A stretch of 64,000 nt of DNA from Octopus sinensis. Taxonomy: Eukaryota. Where the stretch lies: positions 41,478,001 to 41,542,000 of the forward strand of contig NC_043010.1 of NCBI RefSeq assembly GCF_006345805.1, written 5' to 3'. The translations under genes were made by a program, and so were the position numbers. The first letter of the stretch is position 1. The number at the start of each line of letters is the position of its first letter. Below are positions 1-12,984 of the stretch, piece by piece. A model generated the notes under the pieces. The model saw only the letters and a program-made list of their open reading frames with translations, ran no database searches and was not told the origin of the DNA.

Positions 1-392
1 CGGCAGTTTTTTTTTAATAATTGCCACGTAACTAAACACTTTTAAACTTCGTATACTGGTAGAATGTGTTTATAAAACATCTTTTTCTCTTGGCTTTATT
101 GAGAAAATTCTATAGTTTATAAGATATTTGTTATTTTTTTCTTCAATTTCTGCAATTTCAACCAATCAATGACGTCCATTGAGGTAAAAAAAACAAACCA
201 TTCTGTGCCGTATGAATATGTCCCTCGTTTAAGAAACAGATTGGGTTTATTTACATTTGTGAAGAAAAAAAGATACCCTTCCCCCTAACCTTAAAACAGA
301 TTGAAATGCAATAGATCGATACTAGGGTCATAATTATGGGTGACAATTTAATGACCCCGCTAGAAAAACTGCCGTTCAAACCGAAAAGATCC
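1..392 (+). mobile_element. MITE, GGATC-TIR family (left end cut by window edge)
   Basis: Right TIR ctgccgttcaaaccgaaaagatcc ends at 392; body matches copies at 37.2, 48.3 and 49.0 kb. Confidence 0.9.
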
Positions 393-829
393 CCATCTTT
401 CATATTTATGCTTGATGAGGATATATATCACCTAACTGAAATGAATATTCAGTTAGGATCATGGCAGAAGTTAGTTTCATGGTTTTCTTTCCTTAGTCTT
501 GTACTTATTTTTATGTAATTATCCATGTATTAATTGGGTCATTATGTAAGTACATGATCAGGGGAAGAAAACTCATTGTATCTACTCCCTTCATATCCCT
601 AGCAGAATGATCATCGAATGAAATTATCTGCATTCACTCAACACAACCCGTGAAAATCACGGAATCAGAGTGCTTGCTACATTGACGCTCTACATTGTGT
701 CACATGCATCATCAACCACTACCAGAATGATGGATGCATATTCATCTGTGTTATTCAAATTCATGCTCATATGCGTGTGTGTGTGAGACGGTTGTAATAT
801 ACGCGTTTGCAACATCCCGCCGATATTTT

Positions 830-2190
830 AGGAACAGCTTCCTCTTATTCCATTTCAGAGTGATACTAGCCACCCTTCTCGTCACCTCTCCCCACCCACC
901 ATCACCACAAGTTCTTGTCCACCCGGAAGTTCGGGCGAAATCAGATCCCGAGTATTTTAACCGACTCCTCCGTTCAGTGCCCCCACGACGCTGTCACGTG
1001 GCGTGTACCTGCTTCTCTAACTCCCGAGCCTCGATCCCACCGACTTCTCATTGTTAATCTTTGCTCCTGTTACTGCTTCGCATTCCGAGTTGTCCAACAC
1101 TGTAACAGCGACGTCGTCCACATAAGCCGATACGAGTCTTTCGCATGCTAGCTCACGCGGAAAGCCCTTCGAAATATTCAACTCTCTGATGTAGTGCGAG
1201 AGATGGAGATTGTCGTGGATAAATCTGTTTGGGATAGCGCATACCTGTGCATCACCAACCAGTTTATTGACTACAAACACCTTAGTCAAAATCTTGTAAC
1301 CTGCGTTTAGCAGAGTTACAGGCCTTAAATTATCTATTTCGTACCCCCTGACCGAATCCTATCTCACAGCACTAGGAATCCTCCTGTTCTACTGCCAAGA
1401 GACACCGAACAAATCTGGCATATGAAGATAAAGTCCAAAGGACAGGCCATTCAAACCCGGAGGCTTCTCCCTTGTGCAGCTAGTCATCGCGTTCCGTATA
1501 TCTCCGGCTGTTATCAGTAATTTGCAGATCGCTGTATCCCTGGCCGAAATGTATGGCATGCTGTCAAGTTAGTGGGTGAAATCTACTCTCGTCTCCGACC
1601 CATCGCGCACTCCGTACAGTTGGTAAAATGCTGCTGAAGTTCCGTACATGTCTGCTTGGATTCGAGTAGCAAGAGCCCGTTCCAGGCCGTCAAAACCGAA
1701 TTGTAGCTTTGTTGCCACGTTGCGCTGCCGCCACCTGGCCCCATCGAAAGGCTTTTGTCAGTTCATGACTTACAGCACGCATCCCTAGCTCTGACAACGC
1801 AGCCTTCGTGCTTGGCACTGAAGATATTGATCAAGAGCCAATCTTGCCACCAGTACATCAGTCGCTAAGCCACTTCTAAATCCCCTTTCCTGCTTCCTAA
1901 TTAGGTATCCCTCTAAAGCTATTTCATTGCTAAACCCTCTACACTGATAGCCTTTTTCAGGGCTAACCACGATCGATTGTTGACGATTGCATCCGACAAC
2001 TTCCGGTCTCTGAAAACTTGATGCACTGGGAAAGCGTGTCCAGCTTCCTGTATCCAGGATGCAGCCTATGGATCACATACAGGTCGACAGTACAGATCGC
2101 AAGTTTACGGTCTGTGTACAATAGTGGTTAAGAGGTGATTCCACACTCCTCAAACCCTGAAACTAGAGCCCCATTACCGGATGTAGTTTA
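830..2190 (-). mobile_element. L1/Tx1-clade LINE ORF2 remnant, internally deleted
   Basis: GYRKLDT (GYWKLN-like), Q.CAIPNR.IHDNL, SAYVDD and GAKINNEKS motifs; homologous to the copy at 44 kb. Confidence 0.8.
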
Positions 2191-3481
2191 TAGTCATGCC
2201 CAGGTGTCATCATAATTTTAAATAATAAATTAGCTTTTCTTTGAATATTATATTTCTTCTTAACGTTCTTTTTGTATGCGTTCATGTATTATAGATATTA
2301 TTTCAGTTCACTTTAGATTTAACCTGCTTTGGGTGACTTGATAACATTATGCTAATAAAAATTTTTTGGCTTGACTGGTATTTTGTACTTTTTTTTCTAT
2401 ATCTAAATAAACTAGCACAACAGAAATGATTGTCAGTAATGTATGTGGTATAATCATCAATCAAAAATGTGATTTTCTCCATTCTTGTTCACAATATATA
2501 TATATATATAGAGAGAGAGAGATAAATATAGATAGCTAGACAGATAGATAGATAGATAGATAGATAGATTGTTGCCACTCAAACATGGCTGTTCCGCAAG
2601 AACCGACCTTATTGGTACTTTTAACCCAGGAGGATGAGTATCCTCGGTGGTGGATACTCATGTGCTAGAGATAGCAGTTGTTCACTCCAGCTCGTAATAT
2701 ATAGAAATCAAGTGACACAACCACTGATCTTGCAACAAGCAAATTAACTACTTGGAAAATCTCTATAACTATACTGAGAAGTAATGTTCATTGCCACTAA
2801 AACTTTGAAAATTGCATTAAACCAACCAAATAATTTCATTACTTAGCCACAAATCTAATCACCCAGATCATATAGTGCGAAGCGTGTATAACAAAATATC
2901 TAGACTGGATGACAATAGTGGCTGTACATGCTGACCTGAATACTTCTGAATTCATTGAGGAGGGGCCTAACAAAAGAACCATACTACCCATCCTGGCAAA
3001 ATAAGTCCAACATTATCACATATACTTCCATCTCCTTATAACTACCTTTCCTTCCATCACCTATTTCTTTATTACCCACAAGGAGCTAAGGATAGAGGGG
3101 ACAAACAAGGACAGACATAGGTATTAAGTCAATTACATCGACCCCGAAAGGATGAAAGGCAAAGTCGACCTTGGCGGAATTTGAACTCACAACGTAACCA
3201 CCTTCCCACCAAATACGCATAGTAATCCCTGCATACTCTAACCAACCTTCTCATTGGTCAAAATTAGTAAACGACCCTCAATTAAACATCCATTAATGCT
3301 CTATCACTGGAAGAAATGAATGCATGAACATGATCTACCCGATGTTCATAGATATTATGGACTGCACTGTAATTATCCTAGGGATACGGACTATGATCCT
3401 AAGAAACATGTGATTAGTAGAAATGCGCGTAGCATTGCATTAGAATATTTATAAATTCCATCCAAGGATTATTCGTGTTAT

Positions 3482-3522
<41 letters not shown>

Positions 3523-3699
3523 TATACGAATGTATTACATGGGAAAATGCGAGCAAGAGAAATAATAATCTTAAGATTATAAAGCTGGAAAATTACAGGA
3601 CAAGTTATTACATCTGGTAAAGTACTGAACAAGAAAATTTTTACTTAAAATATTGCAGCTTAGGATAAAATTTCAAATAAAATATTTAGATGCAGTAGG

Positions 3700-4338
3700 T
3701 GAGAGAAACTAGGTGAAGGAAGGAAAAGGAATGAGATATAAAAAGAAGAGAACCTGGTGGGGGTAAGGTGGAGGGGGAAAATTAAAGTGACAGCAGAGCT
3801 AAAAAAATATGCCTGGGATTATTGTTTTAGGAAGGGGTAGAAAATGTTCATTGAAACCAGTCAGTGCCAAGGCTCTGAATTTAGAAACGGAATGTTGTTC
3901 TGTTTCCTTAGGAACGAGTATCTATGGTGTGCAGAAAGGCTGAACACTAATACATGGGTAATGGAGTGGTCCACTGGAATCAGTATCTGGCGACGTGTTG
4001 ACCTGTCATATGTTACAGTATATTACGAATGTATTTACAAAGGCCACTGCCAGGTGATGGCCTGTTTCACCAATGTAAAAAGTACTACACAGTTTTCAGA
4101 TGATTTTGGAAGATATGCAGAAGATGGCTTAGGGGTTGGTGATGGTTGTATTATTTATGTCAAGATAGGTGCAGGAGTGGCTGTGTGGTAAGTAGCTTGC
4201 TTACTAACCACATGGTTCCGTGTTCAGTCCCACTGCGTGGCATCTTGGGCAAGTGTCTTCTGCTATAGCCCCAGGCCGACCAATGCCTTGTGAGGGGATT
4301 TGGTAGACGGAAACTGAAAGAAGCCTGTCGTATATATG

Positions 4339-4373
<35 letters not shown>

Positions 4374-5075
4374 ATATGTTTGTGTGTCCGTGTTAGTCCC
4401 CCTAGCATTGCTTGACAACCGATGCTGGTGTGTTTATGTCCCCGTCACTTAGCGGTTCGGCAAAAGAGACCGATAGAATAAGTACTGGGCTTACAAAGAA
4501 TAAGTCCCGGGGTCGATTTGCTCGACTAAAGGCGGTGCTCCAGCATGGCCACAGTCAAATGACTGAAACGAGTAAAAGAGTATATATGTTGCATCTCCAG
4601 CTAGTGCATTTAAAAGTATCTGGTTGTATATGCCTGAGTGTAATTGAGTTTCTAACTAGAAGGTTGCCAAGTTTCTTATGTTTCTTTCAGGCAAGATGTG
4701 GTGTGGAAAATATCAGAGTGTCTATGAGGTTAGTGAGTATGGTTTGGAAGTAGCAGATAAGTGTGTAGTGTAATGGGAAGACGGACAGGTGGAAGGAAGG
4801 AAAAAGTGGAATCCAGTGTGCATAGAAAGGGCAGCATGGTTAATGGCCTGGGCACAGCAGAGTGAAGAGTCACAAGTGGTTGAGAGTACCGTTGATTCTG
4901 GACGAAAGATCGCATTCCATCACAATAAGATTTGAAATCTAAATCGATGCTGTAGAATTGACAAAGAGTAATTGAATAGTGGGGGAATAGCGGAGATAGG
5001 GGTGGATATGATGAAATGAATTCCAAGGAGATGTGAGAGTTAATAAAAAGATGATAACTGATAAATAAATACACT
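3700..5075 (-). mobile_element. Penelope-like element remnant (RT thumb plus GIY-YIG), interrupted by a SINE
   Basis: Minus frames give DLDFKSYCDGMRSF..RY, KKLGNLLVR..PDTFKC, CSTFYIGETG and LALTGFNEHF. Confidence 0.7.
4167..4581 (+). mobile_element. tRNA-derived SINE family A, full length, with internal microsatellite; other copies at about 15090, 26785, 29360, 37675 and 61850 (minus)
   Basis: A/B-box-like head, CORE-like ttgggcaagtg, tail gactgaaacgagtaaaagag; recurs in the window. Confidence 0.85.
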
Positions 5076-5992
5076 TTTCTGAAACATTATTTACTCTCCT
5101 TGTCTAAGTAGTCCCCAGCTTCTTGAACCTTTGAAATTCTTATTACTTGAAGATAGAAATGAAAATGAAACAGGGTTTCAAATATATTACAAATGTGACC
5201 AAGCAGGAAAGGCATCATACACTAAAACTGCAAACTGTAATATAAGGTCATTTAATAAGGTGATAATCTGACAAACTTCTGAGGAAAGTGGTAGACTGTT
5301 AAATCCACTTAAGACTGTTGTCGAAAAATCTTGAATGAAAGTTTCCTGAAGACAATGTTTTGCCAATTAAACGTTTGTTAGTAAAGAACGAAGATTAAGA
5401 GTAAAGAACTATTTGAATTTAGAATGGTACAATAACAAGAGTAGTATGAATTGAAACACATGACAAAGAGATGAAACAAAAATATAGAAAACAAAGGTTT
5501 GAATGAGAAGGCAACTGGATCAATTGCTAGATGGAAATGTTTAGCTGATTAGCACATATTTTGTCTATTAAGACCTGCTGGACATGGAAACCAATGTCAA
5601 GTTTTATGAAATCTTTAAGGGAGCCAGCATAGAGTTTGATCTGAAAGTAGACATTCGTGACTTTGAGGGAATTTGTAAAGATTTCTTACTTTTTCCAATA
5701 CAAGATGTGAAAAATTTGGGATAGGTTGTTTATATATATATATATATACATAAGGTAATGGTTATCATTACCATCAAAACAAACACATATTAATTAACTC
5801 TTAACATCCTGCTTGAATCTGTCAATCTTATACTGCCTGAAACTGCATGAGTTGAATCATTCTTGTTTACATTTGTTTCAAAGGAAAGAGAAAATTTTAA
5901 TGCCTTTCACTATCATTTATTTGCATTTTGCAACCTTTGCTGTGTGTTTCCTGTTTTACTTTTCTTTTCTTTTCTTTAAATTGAAACTTCAG

Positions 5993-6090
5993 AGAATGAT
6001 CACCAATCATTCTTAAGTGAAAGCTTATTTGGTAATTTATTCAATGAATTAATGGCGACAAATGCACAGGGCCAAGTGGGCCAATTTTTG
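5993..6090 (+). CDS. Candidate internal exon of an unidentified gene: (E)NDHQSFLSESLFGNLFNELMATNAQGQVGQFL
   Basis: Long polypyrimidine tract with ttcag| acceptor and TTG|gtaagt donor; only one of three frames is open. Flanking exons not found. Confidence 0.5.
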
Positions 6091-8000
6091 GTAAGTAGAA
6101 CTAGTGATGTGGAATGATAAACCAGAGAGATATATCTATTTTTTTCTATGCACACTTTATGTCTGTCTTTGATCTGTTCGATTCTTGAAGTGATTTGGAC
6201 GAAATATTACGCGAAAGATAAGCAACACCGAAACTTTTTCAAGAATTGTTGGTCCAAAAATATCTTTAGAACTTGTATTTTTTTTATCAGTTTTTTTTTT
6301 TTTCCATGAAACTTTCATTGGTACAATAATTCAGCAATTATGCAGAACAAAAAGGAAGCTTGCGCATGTGTTGATGAAATACGTGCATACCGGAGAATCA
6401 GAGTGACAGCTTACTTGGAAATTTCTTAATGAATAAGCTGCAAAAAATCAAGAAAAGGTATTTTGTTTGTGATGTTTGAATGCCCATGTCTACTAATATT
6501 TATTACCAACATCTTTCTTTACCACATTGTTTTTTTTTTCTCTTTATTTTTAGAGTAGCTTTTAGTCATGTAATTAACAATGACGCACATTATTTGTAAC
6601 ACAAATGACTATTTACAATAAAAATTAAAATTCTTTTCTGCAATACTGCCAATTTTTCCCACTAACCTAACAAGTAAAGACACCATAAACATTTGAAAAA
6701 TCAAACCCATTTTTTAAAGATATTTTCTACTCAATCATTACAAGACTAAGCTTTTGAAACTTAAGTTCCATGCATGTGTAGCATTAGAGATGAGTGATTA
6801 AGTTCATAAGAATTCAGGGACAAAATGAATAATGCACAGTTGCATGCATTAGATTTAGTTTCACAAATTTAATAACATACATTAGAACTCTAACACTGAA
6901 AAATATTACATCAGAGAAAAGTGATGAGACTGTCTTTTTAGTGAATTTAAAAATAGATATTAGATGAGAGCACACAATGAGTAGGATATCAGTTAATGTT
7001 ATATAGAACACGCAAATCGTGCAATCAAAATTATGAAAAAGTGTACTACACCATTCATCATCATTCTTTAATGTGCGCCTTTCATGTTAATAATGTTAGA
7101 TGGTTTGACAGGATCCAATGTACCAGAGGGTTAAACTGAGCTCCAGTATCTGCTTCGGCATGGTTTTTACCGCTGAATATCCTTCCTAATGTCAACCACT
7201 TTACAGTGTCTACTGAGTGCTTTTCCTGTGGTACTGGTGCTAGTGAGATCACCATTAATAACATAAAATAAGAATTTTAGTAACAAAAGTTTTGCACATC
7301 CTCTGGACACCATAATTGTCTGGACACTTACTTTTCCATGCATGCATGGGTCAGGCAGAATTTTTTACAGCTAGATGCCTGCCCTAATGCCAGGCAAGGT
7401 AACAATTTCCCAGTCTATTGACAATAAACAGCCCAGAAATACTTTCATAGAAGACTGTAAACAAACAATACTGTTTGTATGAATAGTGAAGCTTTTGTTT
7501 ACTACCAGAGCACACATATCTTGGTGAAGGACAATAGGTACTCAGTCATCAATATGTGTGTGCATGTGTGTGATATACCCACAACTGGCTTCTTCCAAAA
7601 TCTGCCAATCAGTCAATCAATTTCACTCACAAGGTAATGGTCAACCCATGGCTAAAATGGAGAACACCATTGATAGTGTCCATGCAGTGATACCAAACCC
7701 ATAACTCCATAGCTACCCTGCACCTAAAGACATCGAGGCAAATTTTTTTTCCCTATGTTTCATGAAAACTTAATTTCAGTGAACAGTATTCTATATCTGG
7801 ATCTCAACAAATTGTTTTCAGAATTTATTGTATCAACCTCCAAACTGAAGACCTTAAGAGAAATAATCCGTGCTTTTGTTGTTGAGTGTCACTTTAAAAG
7901 TGCCAGACCATTCTCCATGCATACTAGAAGACTACCTTATCCTTCAATTACAAAACTGTGCTACAAATTCTGGAAGTTTCTCTATTTCATTTAACATACC

Positions 8001-8232
8001 ACTTATTTCTTTACTACCCACAAGGGGCTAAACACAGAGAGGACAAACAAGGACAGACAAACGAATTAAGTCGATTATAACGACCCCAGTGCGTAACTGG
8101 TACTTAATTTATCGACCCCGAAAGGAAGAAAGGCAAAGTTGACCTCAGCGGAATTTGAACTCAGAACGTAACGGCAGACGAAATACTGCTAAGCATTTCG
8201 CCTGGCGTGCTAACGATTCTGCCAGCTCGCCA
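8001..8232 (-). mobile_element. tRNA-derived SINE family B (Deu/Nin-domain-like); partial copy at about 3058-3200
   Basis: Body gtcaactttgcctttcttcctttcggggtcgataaattaagtacca resembles the Deu/Nin central domain as I recall it. Confidence 0.8.
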
Positions 8233-8634
8233 CTATTTCACTACTATACAGGATTATATAACTGGCATAACGGAACTGACAAAAGCTTATTTTTGTATAC
8301 ATGAAAAAAATTCATTTGCTGTCAGCTAAATGAACTTCCTCAAGCATCTACAAATAACACAGCCTACATTCACTTTAACTAATGTAGCCTGTATAAAAAA
8401 AAAATTGTCTTTCAAAAGCTGATTTCAAAGTGTGCATTGAGTCAAGATATTTATTATCTTGAGACAGTATGTACAATATCAATCTGTAATCAAGCCTGTT
8501 TATTAGTCATCAAATAAGACAAAATTATAAACAATTGTTTTTATGAGATTAAAACAAAGCCAGTCTTTAGACATTCAGCAAAGTAAGTAAAAGAATATAA
8601 AGTTTAGAGAAGCATTTAAAACTGATCATTTTAG

Positions 8635-8669
<35 letters not shown>

Positions 8670-8920
8670 TAATTTCTTGACATAGGGTTCATCTGCTAAG
8701 TGGGTTGTAATTTGGCTGCTTAAAATATTTGAGCAGCAATCACTTGTCTAAACTCTAAACCATAAATACACACACAGATAATGGTAGAACCTCTACATGG
8801 TTGTTCAGCCTGGTAAAAACAGTAACCACATCCTTAAACTAAAAATTTCTAAATACTGAGAGTACAAATGAAAATGCAATAAGATTTTACCAAAGTTATC
8901 ATTGCCTACCTATCTGAAAG

Positions 8921-8953
<33 letters not shown>

Positions 8954-10234
8954 TTATATAAGCATATTGCATATACAAAATTTGTTTTTCACTATCTTTT
9001 TTGTGAAAGAGGGTTCCATATAACATACTTGTGATTGAAAACATGTATTGTTTGTTATTGCATAAGTGCAACAGGACAAGGAAGGCAGGACTTAAAGAAC
9101 ATATTCCTTCAGTTTTACAGAGTATATCAGACATGTGTCTGGATTGTATAGGAAGTATACAACGCTTTAAGTCAGTTACTACAAACATGAGACAGTTCTA
9201 CATGGATTGTACTTATATGGCTAACATATGTATATTCAATAATCTTTGTACATGCACACATGTACTCACAGGAAACAGTATCACATGTACAGCACATAAA
9301 TGTTAGTTGTTCCTTAGCCCCAGGTTAACTTTGAGGTATTTTGCCTATGACCTTTCATGTATTCTGGACGATATTACCTAATGTTTGAAAGGGAGTGATG
9401 GGAGAGATTTGGCTGCTATTTCTAACAAGTTGAGTGAACATGTAGAAGCACCCTCATGGTGTATATGTGCATGCACTAACACACGCTGAATATCCCAGTG
9501 AAATGAAATGCTGAAACACAACCATTATAATATCAGTAATACAACGGACAGTTGTTATTTGAACCCAGGTCAACCCAGATCCAGTAAATCTAAAACCAAA
9601 AGCATTCTAATTATGACCATCCTGTCACTTTTCAGGTACAATGTGTCTAGGAATACATTATTCAAGGCCCTTGTTTTTATTGAAGAGATTTAACTTGAAG
9701 ATTTGGTTGCTATTTTTAGTAGGTCATAAGACCATATCAAGGCTTCCACTTTAGCTAGACACAACCGAAAGTTATTCAATATGTAATTACCAAGCCTAAC
9801 ATGGTAGAGTCTAAGTGGTCATATAACTAGCTAGAAATAGCAGAAAATTCCTCTTAAACCACACACTACTGTCTTAAAAATGGAAGGGCACACTGGATAA
9901 TGTGGTCCTGATAGGATATGATGACCATGAGTGGAATGCTTAGAGCATAGGTCCAATTAGTCAAGACTGACCTGGCATTAAACATTAACACCACACAAGC
10001 ACCAACCAATATACCAGTCATTAAACAAACAGTTACTAAAGCAGATATTCAAAATTACAGGAGTATCATAATTTCATTTTATTTTCTAAACTAACACAAA
10101 AAATGAAAATATAAAACAATTTCATTTCTTAGGACAGTTTAAATGTTAACATTGAAGAAAATATAGATGTATCTTGAATGTAATTCTGTGATATGCATAT
10201 GTATCTACTGCTTAATTTATAGGAAGGTGTGTGC

Positions 10235-10272
<38 letters not shown>

Positions 10273-10276
<4 letters not shown>

Positions 10277-10935
10277 TATTAAAATGCTCAAAATTAATAC
10301 CTACAATTCTTATTCCAAATTATCATAATTAATACCTTCAATTCTTATTTCAAATCATATACTTTACTACGCATGTTTCATGACAACATATTCCTCAATA
10401 TTGCTGAAATAGAATGTCTCTAAATACAATACCATATTAAAACGATTAGATTGCCAATCTTCAGGTCTAGCATATATGAACTTATTTTGCAATTGACATC
10501 CTATATAAAGACATGACAAACTAAAGTTATATAGCTAGAAGTTGTTGGAATAATGTTACTTTAGTAAATAATGAACAGAAATGTGGAATAAAAGTTGGAA
10601 AAAGAAATGTTAGTAAAAAGAAATGTTAACTTATCTGTATGGTAATTTTCTCTCCATGAATTAAACATGGCTACCAGCAATCCAACACTGAGAGCTACTT
10701 TTTGGGGGAGATAATTCTTATTAACAGTTCATATATGCTAGACCTGAAGATTGGCAACATAATCGTTTTAATATGGTATTGTATTTAGAGACATTCTATT
10801 TCAGCAATATCAAGGAATATGTTGTCATGAAACACGCGTAGTAAAGTATGATTTGAAATAAGAATTGAAGGTATTAATTTTGATAATTCGGAATAAGAAT
10901 TGTAGGTATTAATTTTGATATGATTTTAATATTTA
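10273..10935. repeat. About 210-bp inverted repeats (10273-10482 and 10726-10935) around a 243-bp core; foldback/MITE-like
   Basis: Arms are reverse complements with scattered mismatches and contain internal 35-bp subrepeats. Confidence 0.85.
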
Positions 10936-11010
10936 GTCCCATATGTACCTATTGTGGATAATGTCATTCAATGATGATTGAGTTGCTTGAGGGTGATTCT
11001 GTCTCTTAAA

Positions 11011-11044
<34 letters not shown>

Positions 11045-11059
<15 letters not shown>

Positions 11060-11422
11060 CAGTTCTATATTTAAGAGATGAAGAATTATGTACATTATTT
11101 ACATTCGACAGATATTTGCCCTCATCTTGTTTGTTGTTAACACAATGTTTCAGCTGATATACCCTCCAGCTTTCATCGGGTGTCTTGGGGAAATTTTGAT
11201 CCCATGAGTATATGGCGTAGTGATTAAGACCATGGGCTACTAACACCAAGATTCCAAGTTTGATTCCAGGCAGTGACCTGAATAATAATATCAAAAAATA
11301 CCTTAGGAATGAGAACCCAAGTTCGAAATTTCCCCAAGACACCTGATGAAGGCTGGAGGCTTATATCAGCCAAAACGTGTTACCAACAAAAGAGGACAAA
11401 TATCCATCAAATGTAAATAATG

Positions 11423-11430
<8 letters not shown>
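11045..11430. mobile_element. Non-autonomous Penelope-end element with a tRNA-like head between two inverted hammerhead-like motifs
   Basis: Arms at 11091-11196 and 11326-11424; hammerhead-like cores at 11139-11184 (minus) and 11338-11381 (plus); A-box TGGCGTAGTGA and B-box-like GTTTGATTCC; (TA)n flanks. Confidence 0.7.
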
Positions 11431-11475
<45 letters not shown>

Positions 11476-11805
11476 ATGTGCATGTATATATATATATATA
11501 TTATATATATATATATGTATGTATGTATATGTGTATGTGTATATATATATATATATATATGTATATAGGTATGTATATATGTGTGTGTGTATATGTATGT
11601 GTATATATATATATATATATACATATATGTTTATATTTATAAATACTCTTGTAGAGATTCTTACAGTAGTAGAAAAAGAATTTTTAACTCCTATTTCTAA
11701 ATTCGGTATGTGGTGAAGCAATTAGCTGGCCCCTAATTATAATTGTGTTTATAATTATAGAAAATTTATATATATAAATATGTATATGTGTGTGTGTATG
11801 TTTAT

Positions 11806-11836
<31 letters not shown>

Positions 11837-12984
11837 CACATATATAGCAAATGAAAGACAGAAGATGTAAACCATTCATTTTATTATCACATACATATGT
11901 GTGAGTGTCTGTGTGTATATATATATTACACAAATACTACACATGCATGCATACACACACACAGTGTACATATATGTAACAGTATGTATATATTCGAAAT
12001 GAGTTTTAGATACTATACACACACAAACACACACATATATATATACTCCTTATATCTGAATTTTAAATATGCAAGCAAAACCCTATCAATTTCTGTGTTT
12101 ATGAACGCATTTACATGTGTGCCTGTGTGTGTGTGTGTGTGTGTAAATAACAAAACAGATTACAGATAATACTTAGCCAGAGTGAACACGTATGGGAAAT
12201 GCTCCATAGAAAATATTATACACTGATTCAAAACAGTATATAACCATAATGAGGATATTTGTGACCATATATAATTTAAGATGAGAGGGAATAATATTTG
12301 CATTGTGCAAAAAAAAAAAAAGGTCTAAAACATTGCACAGAAGAAAGGATGAAAGATTCATTTTTACAATTTAAAATGCATTTTTCTGTATCAGGGATTT
12401 GTCCTCAATTATTTCTATTTCTATTTTTTACTTTTCCTAGATTTTATATTTTTTTAAATAATAACAAATAGCAACAAATGACAATAACAAGTAATGAGTT
12501 TAAAATCAGCAAAAAAAGAATTAGACTCTGTGGCGAAGAGGATGAGATATATATAGTAGTACATACAAATCTTTCCAAATAATACATGGAAAAGTGATCC
12601 TAACTTGGAATTGAAAATATGATAATAATTGCTGACATTGGTACAAAGCCATACACATTTGTAGAGAATGAGAAAGTCAAGTGATATTAATTTTATCGAT
12701 CTGGGAGGAATAAAACAAATTAAATCCAGAATGTAGAGGAATAAGACTAAATATTGTAAGGCTTTTACTCCACTCTCTAGTGTAAATATAACCAACATCT
12801 GCACAAGGCCTAATCTTTAGGGTAGATGTTGAGTCCATGAAAATTGGTCGGTAATACTTAACTCCTAGATTATAGATGAGGCAAAGTTGACTGACAGGAT
12901 TGAATGATCTGATATAAATCCTGAAATTTTTAGAAGTGGTAGGTATAAACAACTGAATCAATCCCAATACATACCTGGAATTTT

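Noticed and set aside
12380-12430. Minus-strand IEIEIIEDK as an alternative GOLGA7 last exon
   Set aside because: No acceptor or polypyrimidine tract; the 17445 exon fits better.
12454-12967. Two overlapping minus-strand ORFs
   Set aside because: No recognisable homology and no consistent splice sites; the apparent site at 12974 comes from a SINE.
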